Virus record (IMG/VR): IMGVR_UViG_3300034166_000560
Reading direction: 5' to 3' (one strand)
Length of the DNA stretch: 64,000 bases
Origin: a virus
Shown here: one piece after another, positions 1 through 10,107 of the stretch
How the letters are laid out: every line of letters begins with the position of its first letter
Position numbering within the stretch: the first letter of the stretch is position 1
Notes under the pieces: generated by a model
The model's database searches: none
What the model saw: the letters and a program-made list of their open reading frames with translations, nothing else
What the model was told of the DNA's origin: nothing
Translations under genes and position numbers: made by a program

Positions 1-783
1 ACGAACACCCGTATCAAGGTCGTTAGAAGCGATTTTTAGAATATCACCATTTTTGAAACTCTGGCCACCAGAAGTAATTTCCAAATAATCAAGCGACCCC
101 AAAACATGAGAAGCTGCAGCTACTGCAGTAGCATTTGCTTCTTGTCCTTTTAGTACAATAGGCTCGTCTACAACGAAATCAATACCTCTTGGTAAAATAT
201 TGCTTATATAAAGAACGCTAGATATTTTACCAGAAAATGATTCTCTTACGTAATTCTCAACAACAGCAGTTGCGCCAGAAGTAATACCAATAATAGTTTT
301 ACCAACGTAATTTTGAAGAGCTGGTGAATCGGAAAGTTCTAGATATTTTGGTTCTAACCAAATGCCATCAGAAGCTCTAAGAATATCTTTTCCTGGAAGA
401 TATACTTCAACATCTTCTCCATAAACAAGTTTGAATAGCAAACGATAACATTGAATTGTACCCTTAGAACGATAAACGTCCAAGATGTGTTTTAATAGGA
501 ATCTTTTACTTGTAATGGTTTTGAATGGAATACCGTAAAGATATTTTTGTTGGAAATGAATAAGAAAACGCTCTAGTGTGCTATCGATATCACGATAACC
601 CATAAGCTCACGTGCTTCTACTATTGGACCACCATCAGCCGCTTCGTGAGTTGAACTCTCGGTTTCCATCCATTCGTAATACGCTTTAATGAATAGAATA
701 AAGTTCTCACCATCTTCCTGATAAAACGCAGGAAGCTGAGACTCAATAAAATTTGATATAAATTTTTCTTGTGAAAAATCCAT
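1..783 (-). CDS. gp7: Baseplate wedge initiator (gp7-like), N-terminal part; runs off the window
   Basis: Manually translated from ATG at 783 (TAATG overlap with gp6 stop): MDFSQEKFISNFIESQLPAFYQEDGENFILFIKAYYEWME...LDVYRSKGT; typical N-terminus of gp7 in T4-like cyanophage-type genomes; directly follows gp6. Confidence 0.75.
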   Translation of the reverse strand, partial: MDFSQEKFISNFIESQLPAFYQEDGENFILFIKAYYEWMETESSTHEAADGGPIVEARELMGYRDIDSTLERFLIHFQQKYLYGIPFKTITSKRFLLKHILDVYRSKGTIQCYRLLFKLVYGEDVEVYLPGKDILRASDGIWLEPKYLELSDSPALQNYVGKTIIGITSGATAVVENYVRESFSGKISSVLYISNILPRGIDFVVDEPIVLKGQEANATAVAAASHVLGSLDYLEITSGGQSFKNGDILKIASNDLDTGVR

Positions 784-2645
784 TAGTTTCTTTTCTCTTC
801 TATGGTAACCGTAACATCATTTGGATCGATCACAAGAATATTTTTTGGGCCAGCAAAAATATCCCTATCAGCTGTTCTAGCGTAAACAGAAATATGACTA
901 GTATAAGAAGCTATATTAATGCTGTTAAGTTTTACAATACCAGAAATATAATCTACAGTGCCAATAGTTGCTAATTTAGTTACCTGATTACCGACTAGAG
1001 TATATATGTCCATATTTCCATGAGAATCGTCTTCAAAATAACTAAATGGATACGCTACACCGTCAGTATGATTATATGTAAACTGTGAAGAAATCACTGA
1101 TGCATGAGCGTAATGAACATTATAATCAGATCCATGAAATGCAATATGACTCTGAGAATACGTTGGTTGATTCTCTAAGTAAATTGTATTATTGAAATAG
1201 AGCGTCTCATTATAAGTTCTATTCACAAGAGGAGCCATTCTCTTAATAATACGGAAATCTGTCTGATTGCTTACGACGCTACTATCGCTGTCGTCAATAT
1301 GAGCCACAAGACGGCTGTATCTGAGATCGGCAGCAAACATTTCTAAGTGTTGATCGCTGTAAACATTAATAGCCGACAAAACAATATTTCTAAGATCAGA
1401 AACTGTTTTATCTGTTGAATACGGGTCATATTGAACAGATGAATCCAAACGAACATAAAGATAGTCAGGATCGGCTGTTTCTACTCTATTTGGCAGAGCA
1501 ATATAATCCTGAAGATATCTTACGATAGTTTCTTTTACATAATTTGGTGCAATTTCGCCCGCTGTTGGTTTCAGACAAATAATAACTCTACCATATTTCT
1601 TTTCTGGAAGCGTTTCTCCGCCGAACACAGCAACGTCAGCTATCTGACCTTGGAAATTGTTTTTAACTAGCGAAGCGTAATCGTCTGATGAAACTGCTCT
1701 TTGCTGAGTTGCAAAATATCTTGGAGCATTGAAACGAACAGAATCGATACTCTCTTGATTGGCTCCACCAGAAGAATTAGCTGAGACTGTTACTGGAGCA
1801 GAAACAATAGTTCCACCATTGGAAGGACCAATGTCGTCTGAAATTGTAAGCTCGGAAATACCATTACCATCAGAACCGTTTGTTACGATGTATTCCACAA
1901 GAACTGTTGAAGCGTTTAATGGTTTTCTACCGAAATTGCCATCACCGAAAAGAATTTCGTATTGACCGTTTTGAGTAGATTGTAAGAAGTAAACGTTAGA
2001 TGTAGAATCTAGACCAAACAATGTTGGCTTTTTGGTAAATAGTGTGTTTGAAGCTCCAAAATTTTCTACAACATAAACGTTGATAGTGTCAGTGTCAATT
2101 TTTGGGTCTGATAAAATGAATCTTTGATTTTCGATATCGTAATTTACCAAGAATGATTCGTTATTATATGAACCTTCTTTAATTTGTAGATTAGCTACAG
2201 AAAATGTATCATTAGTTGAAGCATAAGTTTGAGTGTCTGTGGTAACGAATTGGAATGTACCGTTTGAGTTTGTCCCAAAAAATCTAGTTCCTTTTGGAAC
2301 TGAAAGAATACCAGTAGTGGTTGAAATACCTGTGGTCTCGAACGCAATATTAACGTTAGAAACAGCAGCAGAATAAGATCTTGGGGTGTAATTTAATTCT
2401 TTGGCGTGAGAAATAATAGAGTCATATTTCTGAGCGGAATCCAAAAACATTTCGGATCCGATCATATTAAGGTAAAACGAATTCAAATATGTGTTATATG
2501 ATAGAACGTCCAAGAGAACGTTCATGTTTGAACCTTCGTAATCGTAGTCTTTAAGAACTGACTGCGACTTTAGAAAGGTTTTTAAATTCTGTTTTAGCGT
2601 ATCGAAATCGAGAGAGCTAAGATTTAGTGAGCTGTTTGCTGCCAT
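783..2645 (-). CDS. gp6: Baseplate wedge subunit gp6
   Basis: LDFDTLKQNLKTFLKSQ..DYDYEGSNMNVLLDVLSYNTY, EMFLDSA, FGDG, QQRAVSSDDY motifs; located after gp25. Confidence 0.93.
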   Translation of the reverse strand: MAANSSLNLSSLDFDTLKQNLKTFLKSQSVLKDYDYEGSNMNVLLDVLSYNTYLNSFYLNMIGSEMFLDSAQKYDSIISHAKELNYTPRSYSAAVSNVNIAFETTGISTTTGILSVPKGTRFFGTNSNGTFQFVTTDTQTYASTNDTFSVANLQIKEGSYNNESFLVNYDIENQRFILSDPKIDTDTINVYVVENFGASNTLFTKKPTLFGLDSTSNVYFLQSTQNGQYEILFGDGNFGRKPLNASTVLVEYIVTNGSDGNGISELTISDDIGPSNGGTIVSAPVTVSANSSGGANQESIDSVRFNAPRYFATQQRAVSSDDYASLVKNNFQGQIADVAVFGGETLPEKKYGRVIICLKPTAGEIAPNYVKETIVRYLQDYIALPNRVETADPDYLYVRLDSSVQYDPYSTDKTVSDLRNIVLSAINVYSDQHLEMFAADLRYSRLVAHIDDSDSSVVSNQTDFRIIKRMAPLVNRTYNETLYFNNTIYLENQPTYSQSHIAFHGSDYNVHYAHASVISSQFTYNHTDGVAYPFSYFEDDSHGNMDIYTLVGNQVTKLATIGTVDYISGIVKLNSINIASYTSHISVYARTADRDIFAGPKNILVIDPNDVTVTIEEKRN

Positions 2646-3068
2646 TTATCGGACTCTTTTTAGGACTAAATTAAGAGTAATAGGTTCTGGGTTATTTATT
2701 ACTTGATAAATCAATGTTATCTCAACAGAATTTTCGTCTTGAGGGTCAGGAAAAAGAACTTCAATTACTTCGGCTCGAGGCTCAAAATTTGATATTGTGC
2801 TTCTAACAAACAATTCTATCTCTGAAGCATAATCTCTGTAATTTGGTTCGAATAACATAGAAGTAATATCGCAACCAACCGTTGGTTGGAACAATCTTTC
2901 GCCAAGGTTAGTGTAAACTAGGTTCTTGATAGATTGTGTTATCGAACGTTCATTGACAACTTTTGTAAGTTCATTGCCAAATATAGTTTTTGTGAACCCA
3001 TTAGGAACATCAGAAAAATATTCTATTTTCTTATTAGAACCTATTAGCGTTTCTGCTCTAGTGACCAT
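2646..3068 (-). CDS. gp25: Baseplate wedge subunit gp25
   Basis: SITQSIKNLVYTNLGERLFQPTVG..LFEP..FEPR GPW/gp25 signature. Confidence 0.92.
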   Translation of the reverse strand: MVTRAETLIGSNKKIEYFSDVPNGFTKTIFGNELTKVVNERSITQSIKNLVYTNLGERLFQPTVGCDITSMLFEPNYRDYASEIELFVRSTISNFEPRAEVIEVLFPDPQDENSVEITLIYQVINNPEPITLNLVLKRVR

Positions 3069-3356
3069 TTAGTTTACCTCTACGAAACCGCTAGTAGAAA
3101 CGGCTTTAGGATTACAATGCTCACCGCCCGCTGTGGGGCACAAATTATCTTGCTGGGCGCTATCGTTATTAATAATGATAGATTTGCCACCTATTTTAAT
3201 AAACGTCTTAGAAGCTATCAGTTCCCCATGACCATGGGTATTTTGATCGTTCTCGACCGCCCACAACTGCCCACCAATCGTAACAAACGACTGTCCGGAA
3301 ACCACCGTAGTGGCTCCGCATGATCTTTGATCGCCGTGTTTATGAGCGTATGACAT
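3069..3356 (-). CDS. PAAR-like spike-tip protein (gp5.4-like)
   Basis: HKHGD..CGA, HGHG, HC metal ligands, 95 aa, located between the gp5 C-terminal piece and gp25. Confidence 0.75.
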   Translation of the reverse strand: MSYAHKHGDQRSCGATTVVSGQSFVTIGGQLWAVENDQNTHGHGELIASKTFIKIGGKSIIINNDSAQQDNLCPTAGGEHCNPKAVSTSGFVEVN

Positions 3357-3363
3357 ATATTTA

Positions 3364-4227
3364 TTATCCTTGCTCGAATTTTATCTGTGGAGACTTGATA
3401 GTAATTGAACCACTTTCGATAGTAATTGTAGAACTACCAACTTTGAGTTCGATTTTAGTATCGCTCTCTATTTTTGTATCGCTTTTAGATTTGGTGCTTA
3501 TTTTCGCCCCAGAATTAGCAGTCATGTCCTGATCGGACTGGAACAGCATGGTGTCCTGAGAAAACGCCTTGAATGCTTGTTTAGACTCTAATTTGATTTT
3601 CTGCTTGGCAAAAGCGTCCCAGTTTTCATTGAAATAATATGCGGTGTCTTTGTTGTTCATTTGGACATATTTGCCCTCATGACCATCTACTGTATCGCCT
3701 TCGACCTTAGTATATTTGTTCTTTTTGAAGGTTTGTCTATGATCGCCATTAACGCCAACATCGTTTGTACCTGAAGATCCACCAGCAATAATTTTTGCAG
3801 AGCCGTCTTTCACAAGCTCGATTTTCTTACCACCGATACCGAACATGCCGTTCATTTTGGCTACAAAAGAACCATCACCACCAGACTCTAATCTAAAAGT
3901 TGACTCTGTATTAAAATCGTAATGACCGTCGACGTGAACAGAATGACCTGCTCCAGCATATGAGTGTTTATTTCCTGGAGTTATTTCAAAATGACCTTCT
4001 TTGACATCATCATCTGCTTCAGTTACTTGATAACCACCAGAAGGGTTTAATTTCTGACGAAAAGTTTTCTTTCCTTCTTCAGCGTTTACATATACCCAAT
4101 CATGACCACCACATTCGTCCCAATTACCATGAACGAAACCGTATTTTGGTTTGGTTTTCTGGTTACAGACTTTAGACTTTGGTGCTTTTTTGTTATAATC
4201 CTTATGCGCCATTTGTAGTCTCTTCAA
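3364..4227 (-). CDS. gp5 C-terminal part (spike beta-helix)
   Basis: PKYGFVH..ECGGH..NPSGGY resembles the gp5 post-lysozyme segment; C-terminal short-period repeats ending IELKVGSSTITIESGSITIKSPQI as in gp5/VgrG spikes; probable start ATG near 4209. Confidence 0.7.
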   Translation of the reverse strand: MKRLQMAHKDYNKKAPKSKVCNQKTKPKYGFVHGNWDECGGHDWVYVNAEEGKKTFRQKLNPSGGYQVTEADDDVKEGHFEITPGNKHSYAGAGHSVHVDGHYDFNTESTFRLESGGDGSFVAKMNGMFGIGGKKIELVKDGSAKIIAGGSSGTNDVGVNGDHRQTFKKNKYTKVEGDTVDGHEGKYVQMNNKDTAYYFNENWDAFAKQKIKLESKQAFKAFSQDTMLFQSDQDMTANSGAKISTKSKSDTKIESDTKIELKVGSSTITIESGSITIKSPQIKFEQG

Positions 4228-5818
4228 TTCCTAGTAGTGTTAGTAATGTTTGCATATCTGATATTTCAGTGTTAGAAAGACCGCTGTTGGTTTGTTCCGA
4301 CCATGCACCAGATCCACCAATAGTTGCGTCGGGGAAGCCAGAACCTGCTCCTCCTCCACCACCACCAGAGCCTCCTCCAAGGCCACCAAAACCACCCATT
4401 AGACTGCCCATCATTCCACCAATATCACCTCCGCCCAAAATTCCTCCGAGTGTTCCAAAACCACCCATACCGCCGATTTGAGCAAGACTACCCAATCCGC
4501 CAAGTGCGCCACCGAGCCCACCACCGCCGAGTGCTTGCATTCCGACTTGTAGAATTTGATTGTTCATTCCCATTTGTTTCTGGAAATCTTCCATAACACT
4601 GGCTGTGCTTCCCGCAACCGTTCCGTTTTTTGATCCGATTTGTTCTTGTTGGAACATCTGAATAAGCTGCATCAACAGACCGATTAACATACCCATCATA
4701 GCAGCCATGTTGTTTCCGCCGCCTCCGCCACCAGCATTATTACCAATAATTAAGTTTCCTTGTTGAACTTCAATCTGTTTAATCCATTTATCAAGAACAT
4801 CGTTCAAATAACGTGGGAATAATGGATCTGCTCCCTGACTAATAGTATATTGGGTTGGATCAACATAGAAATATTTGTCAAGATCAGCAGCAATACCACG
4901 TTCAACATTTGAGTAAATTTCCTCTTGTGCAGAAGCAAACGTATAAGTTCCCAATTCTCTTCTAACGTAATAAATTGTAGCTGTTAGGTCGTTGGGATCG
5001 ATCCATTGATCGTAGCCTGGATATGGTTCGTTAGCAGGAGAACCATAATATTGTTTCTGGTAAAAGTCTGGAACTTCTTCTAGTGTAACTAGATTAGTTG
5101 GAACGATATCTCCATAATACGTTTCGTCATAAGAAGAAACTGGAATATTCAATGGTCCATAATAAATTGCTACTTTTAACAGAGCAGAAATCGCTTTAAT
5201 GACGATTGGTTGATACCAGCTGTCTAATTGTTGTAATCCGCCATTAGGTAGAGTAATAAGAACGAACATTTTAATTACTCGTTCGAATCCAAATTTCTTG
5301 ATAAGAATAGCGAGCGCCCCAACGAAACCATCAGTAAGAACGATACTCATTCCTGATGGTGTTCCTGTGACTGTGAAACCGCTATTACCACCACCAGAAC
5401 CACCACCAAGACCAGCGCCCATACTCATAATGCCCATAATCATAGACATGTTTTGGTATAATTGAGGTATTTGCTGTGCTTGACCTTGAGGGTCTACTTC
5501 TTTAACAGCTTTTGGTAGATCTTTAGTTCCCTTTTTAGCAGCAGCCGTTGTTGGTTTGTCACCACTCGGTGCAACTTTCTTTCTTACATCTTCGAGCTTT
5601 TTGGCTTTGTTTTTTTCAACTCCTGGAGACTCTGGATATTTTGGATCTTCGGTTTTTGGTTTTTCCTGACCAAGAAATTGATTAAAGAAAATAGTTAAAT
5701 CTTTGTCAAAGAAATTTTCTTCGTCTGTGCTAGAAAAACCAGGAGTATCTGGACCTGCATTTTTAGGTTCGATCTTACCACCAGTCTTTTGGTCTTTTTG
5801 TTTAATCTTATTTGCCAT
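4202..5818 (-). CDS. Uncharacterised 538-aa Gly/Met-rich virion-module protein lying between the two gp5 halves
   Basis: Long ORF translationally coupled to its neighbours; GGGG/MG-rich low-complexity and hydrophobic segments; no recognisable lysozyme motif. Confidence 0.7.
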   Translation of the reverse strand: MANKIKQKDQKTGGKIEPKNAGPDTPGFSSTDEENFFDKDLTIFFNQFLGQEKPKTEDPKYPESPGVEKNKAKKLEDVRKKVAPSGDKPTTAAAKKGTKDLPKAVKEVDPQGQAQQIPQLYQNMSMIMGIMSMGAGLGGGSGGGNSGFTVTGTPSGMSIVLTDGFVGALAILIKKFGFERVIKMFVLITLPNGGLQQLDSWYQPIVIKAISALLKVAIYYGPLNIPVSSYDETYYGDIVPTNLVTLEEVPDFYQKQYYGSPANEPYPGYDQWIDPNDLTATIYYVRRELGTYTFASAQEEIYSNVERGIAADLDKYFYVDPTQYTISQGADPLFPRYLNDVLDKWIKQIEVQQGNLIIGNNAGGGGGGNNMAAMMGMLIGLLMQLIQMFQQEQIGSKNGTVAGSTASVMEDFQKQMGMNNQILQVGMQALGGGGLGGALGGLGSLAQIGGMGGFGTLGGILGGGDIGGMMGSLMGGFGGLGGGSGGGGGGAGSGFPDATIGGSGAWSEQTNSGLSNTEISDMQTLLTLLGIEETTNGA

Positions 5819-6114
5819 TATGCGTCGTCCAATTCTCCACGTGCAATCGAACCTAATACGATTGGATACAATTCTTCGGTGTCATGTTCCATATAACCAA
5901 CAATAACTCTAGAACCCACCTTCAGCCCGAACGGTGTTGGACCAATTTTATGAGTAGATGCATGAGTTACTGGTTGCATAAGAATAGCCCAAGGAAGGTC
6001 TTCGTCCTTGACTTTCTGTGTGTCGTCTTGATGACCATGTAAACGTATTTTTACACGACCAGATTTTGTTGGGTCTTTCTTATATTCAACTACATAACCT
6101 GTTCTTAATTTCAC
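5818..6114 (-). CDS. gp5 N-terminal OB-fold domain as a separate ORF
   Basis: GYVVE..DP.KSGRVKIRLHGH....DLPWA..QP....G.RVIVGY....YPIVLGSI is the Gp5_OB pattern; GTG start overlaps upstream TGA. Confidence 0.85.
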   Translation of the reverse strand: MKLRTGYVVEYKKDPTKSGRVKIRLHGHQDDTQKVKDEDLPWAILMQPVTHASTHKIGPTPFGLKVGSRVIVGYMEHDTEELYPIVLGSIARGELDDA

Positions 6115-7358
6115 GGTTGACCTCCACCACTTTGATCAAATGCACCACCTTTAATAACTCTAAGAATCATAGTAGCTCTTGGGGTTTGTCCCAGCGGTTT
6201 AATTTTTGTTCTAATTGCAACAACACAAACCTGACCGTTGAATTGTTTTTCTTTACCTGAACCATCAGCAGTTCTCGCAGGAATATCAAGTTTAATCATA
6301 GAACCCAATTTAATCTTTGGGTTGAAATAGGTTTCCAGCTCTGCAGAATTTTGCATCAAATAAGAAAGAAAATTTGCTCTATTATCTCTGGCATCTGCTG
6401 TTTTGTGTTTATCTTTGTCGTTCGCTTTGTCAAAAGTTGTATAATGATGGACAGCGTCAGCGTGTTGAGCCTGACCAGTATATTCTGGCTGTCCAGGAAG
6501 TTTAAACTGTTGAGGCTGATCTGGATCTGGCGAAGAAACTTTATGTGTTGTCAAATTAAACGTTTTCTGCGCTGATTTAGTTAACACTCGAGTCGGGGTA
6601 AAAAACGAATCAGAAGCCTTGAACCACATTATAGAGTTTTGTCTATCTTGATCGCTTGCATTAGAAGCGTCGAGTGTTGTTGTTTGTTTTAATGTAACGA
6701 CTGGTTGTTCTTTGAACAGTTTTTCGAAAGTAGAAAATACATACTTTTGCTGATCGCCTGTTTCCTGAAACAAAACATAACAAGAAGATTTATCTTCCTG
6801 GGAAACGTGTAGACGATTTAAGTGTTTTAATGCATCTAGAGGATGTTTATTATTAAGAATAACTCTTCTTTTACCGTCTGTCTTACTCTTTTTGTCGATT
6901 TGTAATTTGGTCTTGAAACCTTTTTTCACAACATCTTCTACAATATTGTCAGTCGTGTCGTTATAGCTTTTCTGCATATAATTACCTTGAGCGTTTAATA
7001 GCTCAGGACATACTGCACGGATATCATATTGTTTGTGTTTTAGGTTGGAAATATTATGAATCGACTGATCGTTCAGATTTTTATTCTGATACATTTTCAA
7101 CTTATATTTCTTTTGACCGCCGCTGAAACCACTGTCGGCTCCGGACAATGTTATCTCTATGTCTTTATCATACGCTCCTTGGATATTATTTTTACCAAGA
7201 GCGTCACTATGATCTAGGACTCTAACTTCTGCAACTGGACCATATGGATTTAGAATGTCTTCATAGATATTCAAACCAACATAACTAGCTTGTTTGAAAT
7301 TTGTTAAATCCAAATCTCCAATTTTTAGAGAAGATATTTTAATATCACCAGCTGGCAT
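6111..7358 (-). CDS. Baseplate hub protein (gp27-like)
   Basis: Position between gp53 and gp5; LNIYEDI, YVLFQET..YVFSTFEKL pattern of T4-like hub/tail proteins. Confidence 0.55.
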   Translation of the reverse strand: MPAGDIKISSLKIGDLDLTNFKQASYVGLNIYEDILNPYGPVAEVRVLDHSDALGKNNIQGAYDKDIEITLSGADSGFSGGQKKYKLKMYQNKNLNDQSIHNISNLKHKQYDIRAVCPELLNAQGNYMQKSYNDTTDNIVEDVVKKGFKTKLQIDKKSKTDGKRRVILNNKHPLDALKHLNRLHVSQEDKSSCYVLFQETGDQQKYVFSTFEKLFKEQPVVTLKQTTTLDASNASDQDRQNSIMWFKASDSFFTPTRVLTKSAQKTFNLTTHKVSSPDPDQPQQFKLPGQPEYTGQAQHADAVHHYTTFDKANDKDKHKTADARDNRANFLSYLMQNSAELETYFNPKIKLGSMIKLDIPARTADGSGKEKQFNGQVCVVAIRTKIKPLGQTPRATMILRVIKGGAFDQSGGGQP

Positions 7359-7359
7359 A

Positions 7360-8337
7360 TTAGAAAGGTTCCTTCATCAAGTTAATTAAATTGTCAACAG
7401 CGACTTCTGAAAGATTCTTTTCCATCACTCTGATGGTTTTGTTGTATTCGTTCTTTTCTTCTTCATAATCGTAATATGAAACGCTTTCCCAATATCTTTC
7501 TTCATCGGCTGCAATGTTATTTGCTACAACTATCACAGAATCATTTGTTGATTCGTTCTCAACAATAGTTATAGCTACGTTTATTTGGCTTTCTGTTCCA
7601 TAAATGTAACTATTACCAGTGACCACAATACCAGCTGTATTATTAGTTTCGTATTGCCCTCTCATGTGTTGCAAATAAACGAAATTAAGGTTAGTGTTAG
7701 TCAAAAGCGAAGAATTGACATATACATTTACTGTGTTCGACATAACAAATTGACCGTTACCAGTATTATAATTATCAAAAACAACTTCAACAATTTCGTT
7801 ATTGACAAATGCGCTTAACTGGTATGCATTAGCAGATACGGAATATCTAACTATCTTATTCGTATCTTTATTCCAATTTGACTCTTTTCTTTTATAAGAA
7901 TATACAACGCCGTTTTTGTAAATTGGTTCCCAGTAATATTGTTGCGCAACAGTTAGTGAGTTATATTCAGCTGTACCAATATTATTACCTTTATCAGACT
8001 CCCAATTATTTCTATAATATTTTATTTTTTGTTGGGCGTCTGGGATAGATCCATATTTCTTTGTTATGAAATCTGTAAATTGTTGGTTGTCTAGATACCA
8101 TTCGTAATAAGGGTCAATTATTTTATTGGAAATGTAGAGAATCCAGCTTTTATAACTGTCCTCATAATATCGATGTGAGAAATGATCAGCCCTTTCAGCG
8201 TTAGAAATATCGTATGGATAAAACACGTATGGGCTTTCAGATACTCTATCCAATAGAGTTACTCTTTTGGTGATATCAACGACTTGATTGTTACTGTAAG
8301 TTATTACAGGAAATTTTTCGAAATATCTTTCTGGCAT
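7360..8337 (-). CDS. gp53: Baseplate wedge subunit gp53
   Basis: YFEKFP..Y, ERAD..S..YY..WIL..N.IIDPYYEW, KKYGS, YDYEEEKNE..IRV. Confidence 0.85.
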   Translation of the reverse strand: MPERYFEKFPVITYSNNQVVDITKRVTLLDRVSESPYVFYPYDISNAERADHFSHRYYEDSYKSWILYISNKIIDPYYEWYLDNQQFTDFITKKYGSIPDAQQKIKYYRNNWESDKGNNIGTAEYNSLTVAQQYYWEPIYKNGVVYSYKRKESNWNKDTNKIVRYSVSANAYQLSAFVNNEIVEVVFDNYNTGNGQFVMSNTVNVYVNSSLLTNTNLNFVYLQHMRGQYETNNTAGIVVTGNSYIYGTESQINVAITIVENESTNDSVIVVANNIAADEERYWESVSYYDYEEEKNEYNKTIRVMEKNLSEVAVDNLINLMKEPF

Positions 8338-9036
8338 TTATGGATCCATCATTCTTATTTGATCTTCTGTCCATAGCTGAATCTCTCTCAGCCTTAGTGT
8401 AAGACCTACTACTGTGGGTGCACCGCTTTTATAAAATGATGGTCCGCCAGCGGCTGTATAATCTGCTGAAACTGTGATTACGGCGCAAGGTTTAAGTGCG
8501 AACAAATAATCTTTTGGGTTAAATGTAACTTGACAAATTTTAGGATATTTATAGGCAGCTCCCATGAGAGCTAATTTTGGCGCTGCACTAGCCTTAAACT
8601 CTTTAATCATTTTCTTCAAATTATTCGATTCAGTTTTATTCGAAGCAGAAAGAGTCCATTGTAACTCGTGTTCTTTATAAGTTGGTCTTTTATAAGTCAT
8701 GAACACTAATGGACTAAGATAAGATGTTCCGCCACCAGCAGCGCCGCCAATTTGAGCCATCTGAAGCAAAGAACTACCCATCGTCGAAGCGTCATATTCG
8801 CTCCATATTTGAGAATTGTTATCAACTATTCTTTTTGGTAAAGGTAGTTTAAATTGACCACCAAAACTGAAATTATATCCTGAACCTCCCCCCAAAAGAG
8901 CTCCTGGATTGGCAGAATAATCAGAGAACGAAATACTAGTGTAATATTGTCTATCGCCTTGAAGCAAATCTGAAGGAAAAACATTACCTCCATTATTTTG
9001 TTTCTGAGGTTGAGTTGGAAAATTAAAGTTGGCCAT
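8338..9036 (-). CDS. Baseplate tail-tube cap (gp48-like)
   Basis: LPLP..I.D, P..FMTYKRP, YP.I.QV, VDY/ADY..G.P..L.LRE tail-tube-fold pattern; T4-like synteny. Confidence 0.65.
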   Translation of the reverse strand: MANFNFPTQPQKQNNGGNVFPSDLLQGDRQYYTSISFSDYSANPGALLGGGSGYNFSFGGQFKLPLPKRIVDNNSQIWSEYDASTMGSSLLQMAQIGGAAGGGTSYLSPLVFMTYKRPTYKEHELQWTLSASNKTESNNLKKMIKEFKASAAPKLALMGAAYKYPKICQVTFNPKDYLFALKPCAVITVSADYTAAGGPSFYKSGAPTVVGLTLRLREIQLWTEDQIRMMDP

Positions 9037-9049
9037 CTTTACCCTTTTT

Positions 9050-9077
9050 AATAAATAAGGTTTTATCTTTATTTATT
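9050..9077. promoter_or_regulatory. Crossed divergent T4-type late promoters (AATAAATA variants) for gp4 (+) and gp48 (-)
   Basis: AATAAATA at 9050-9057 (+) and TATTTATT at 9070-9077 (- strand AATAAATA) in the divergent gap. Confidence 0.55.
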
Positions 9078-9089
9078 AGAAATCTGAGA

Positions 9090-9536
9090 ATGGCTACTCA
9101 CAAAGGTTATTTTAATCCAAGAAACCCGAACAAATACAAGGGCGATCCAACAAACATAATCTATAGATCTAGATGGGAATCCGTTCTCATGGCTCGGTTG
9201 GATAAGGATCCCAACGTTATATGGTGGCAAAGCGAAGAAACGATAGTCCCATATCGTTCGCCTCTGGATAATAGAATTCATCGTTATTATGTTGATTTCA
9301 CCGCTAGGTTAAAAACACCGAACGGCGGAACGAGAACTGTTTTGATTGAAGTGAAACCAGCTGCTCAGTGCAGACCACCTCCGCTCATGGAAGGGCGCAA
9401 AACAAAACGATATATAAATGAGGTAATGCGTTGGGGTGTGAACTCTGCTAAATGGAAAGCTGCTCGTGAATACTGTAAAGACAGGGGTTACGAGTTTATT
9501 ATTATGACCGAAAAAGAACTAGGAATCAAATTTTAA
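9090..9536 (+). CDS. gp4: Head completion nuclease gp4 (TnsA-like endonuclease fold)
   Basis: KG.F.P.NP.KYKGDP.NIIYRS.WE, W.SEE..PY, HRYYVDF, IEVKP, N.AKW.AA. Confidence 0.92.
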   Translation: MATHKGYFNPRNPNKYKGDPTNIIYRSRWESVLMARLDKDPNVIWWQSEETIVPYRSPLDNRIHRYYVDFTARLKTPNGGTRTVLIEVKPAAQCRPPPLMEGRKTKRYINEVMRWGVNSAKWKAAREYCKDRGYEFIIMTEKELGIKF

Positions 9537-10099
9537 TGTCAAACAGATTTAGTAAACTTCTGAGATCTACCGCTATGGACTTATCGAATAAGTCCAAAGA
9601 TTCTTCTCAGTGGTATCAAGACACTGTATCGAATATGGGTAAAAGAGACCCTAACAAGATATTCGAGAAAAGCAGCAGCCCTCAAATTGGCGCTCTGATG
9701 TTATTTCTGTATGATCCCAAATATAAAAACACTCTCCCTTTTTATGACGCTCATCCTTTAGTATTTCCTGTTGAGATGTATCATGACGGTTTTCTAGGAA
9801 TCAACCTTCATTATCTGCCTCCTTTGGCCAGAGTTAATATGATGAAGGGATTAGTCGATATTAATGATAACGATAAATATATACAAAATAAAAAATTGGT
9901 TCTTACGTATAGTTTACTAAAATACTATTCTAACCAATTAAGAGGCGTTGAGAACTGCATAAAGAGATATCTCTTCAATCATGTAAGAAGTTCTTTTTAT
10001 CAGGTTGATCCGCAAGATTGGGAAAAGGCTGCATTATTGCCTCTACAAAAATGGAATGTTAACCCAAATAGGCGATATGCAGGTTCGCCTCCATATTAG
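9536..10099 (+). CDS. gp2: DNA end protector protein gp2
   Basis: F.YDPK.K..LPFYD.HPL, GFLGINLHYLP, CIKRYL..HV.S. Confidence 0.9.
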   Translation: MSNRFSKLLRSTAMDLSNKSKDSSQWYQDTVSNMGKRDPNKIFEKSSSPQIGALMLFLYDPKYKNTLPFYDAHPLVFPVEMYHDGFLGINLHYLPPLARVNMMKGLVDINDNDKYIQNKKLVLTYSLLKYYSNQLRGVENCIKRYLFNHVRSSFYQVDPQDWEKAALLPLQKWNVNPNRRYAGSPPY

Positions 10100-10107
10100 G
10101 ATCAGAA

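Noticed and set aside
4330-4530. CCA/CCG-rich tandem-like repeats (also 32880-33290)
   Set aside because: Explained by polyglycine codons of the minus-strand proteins
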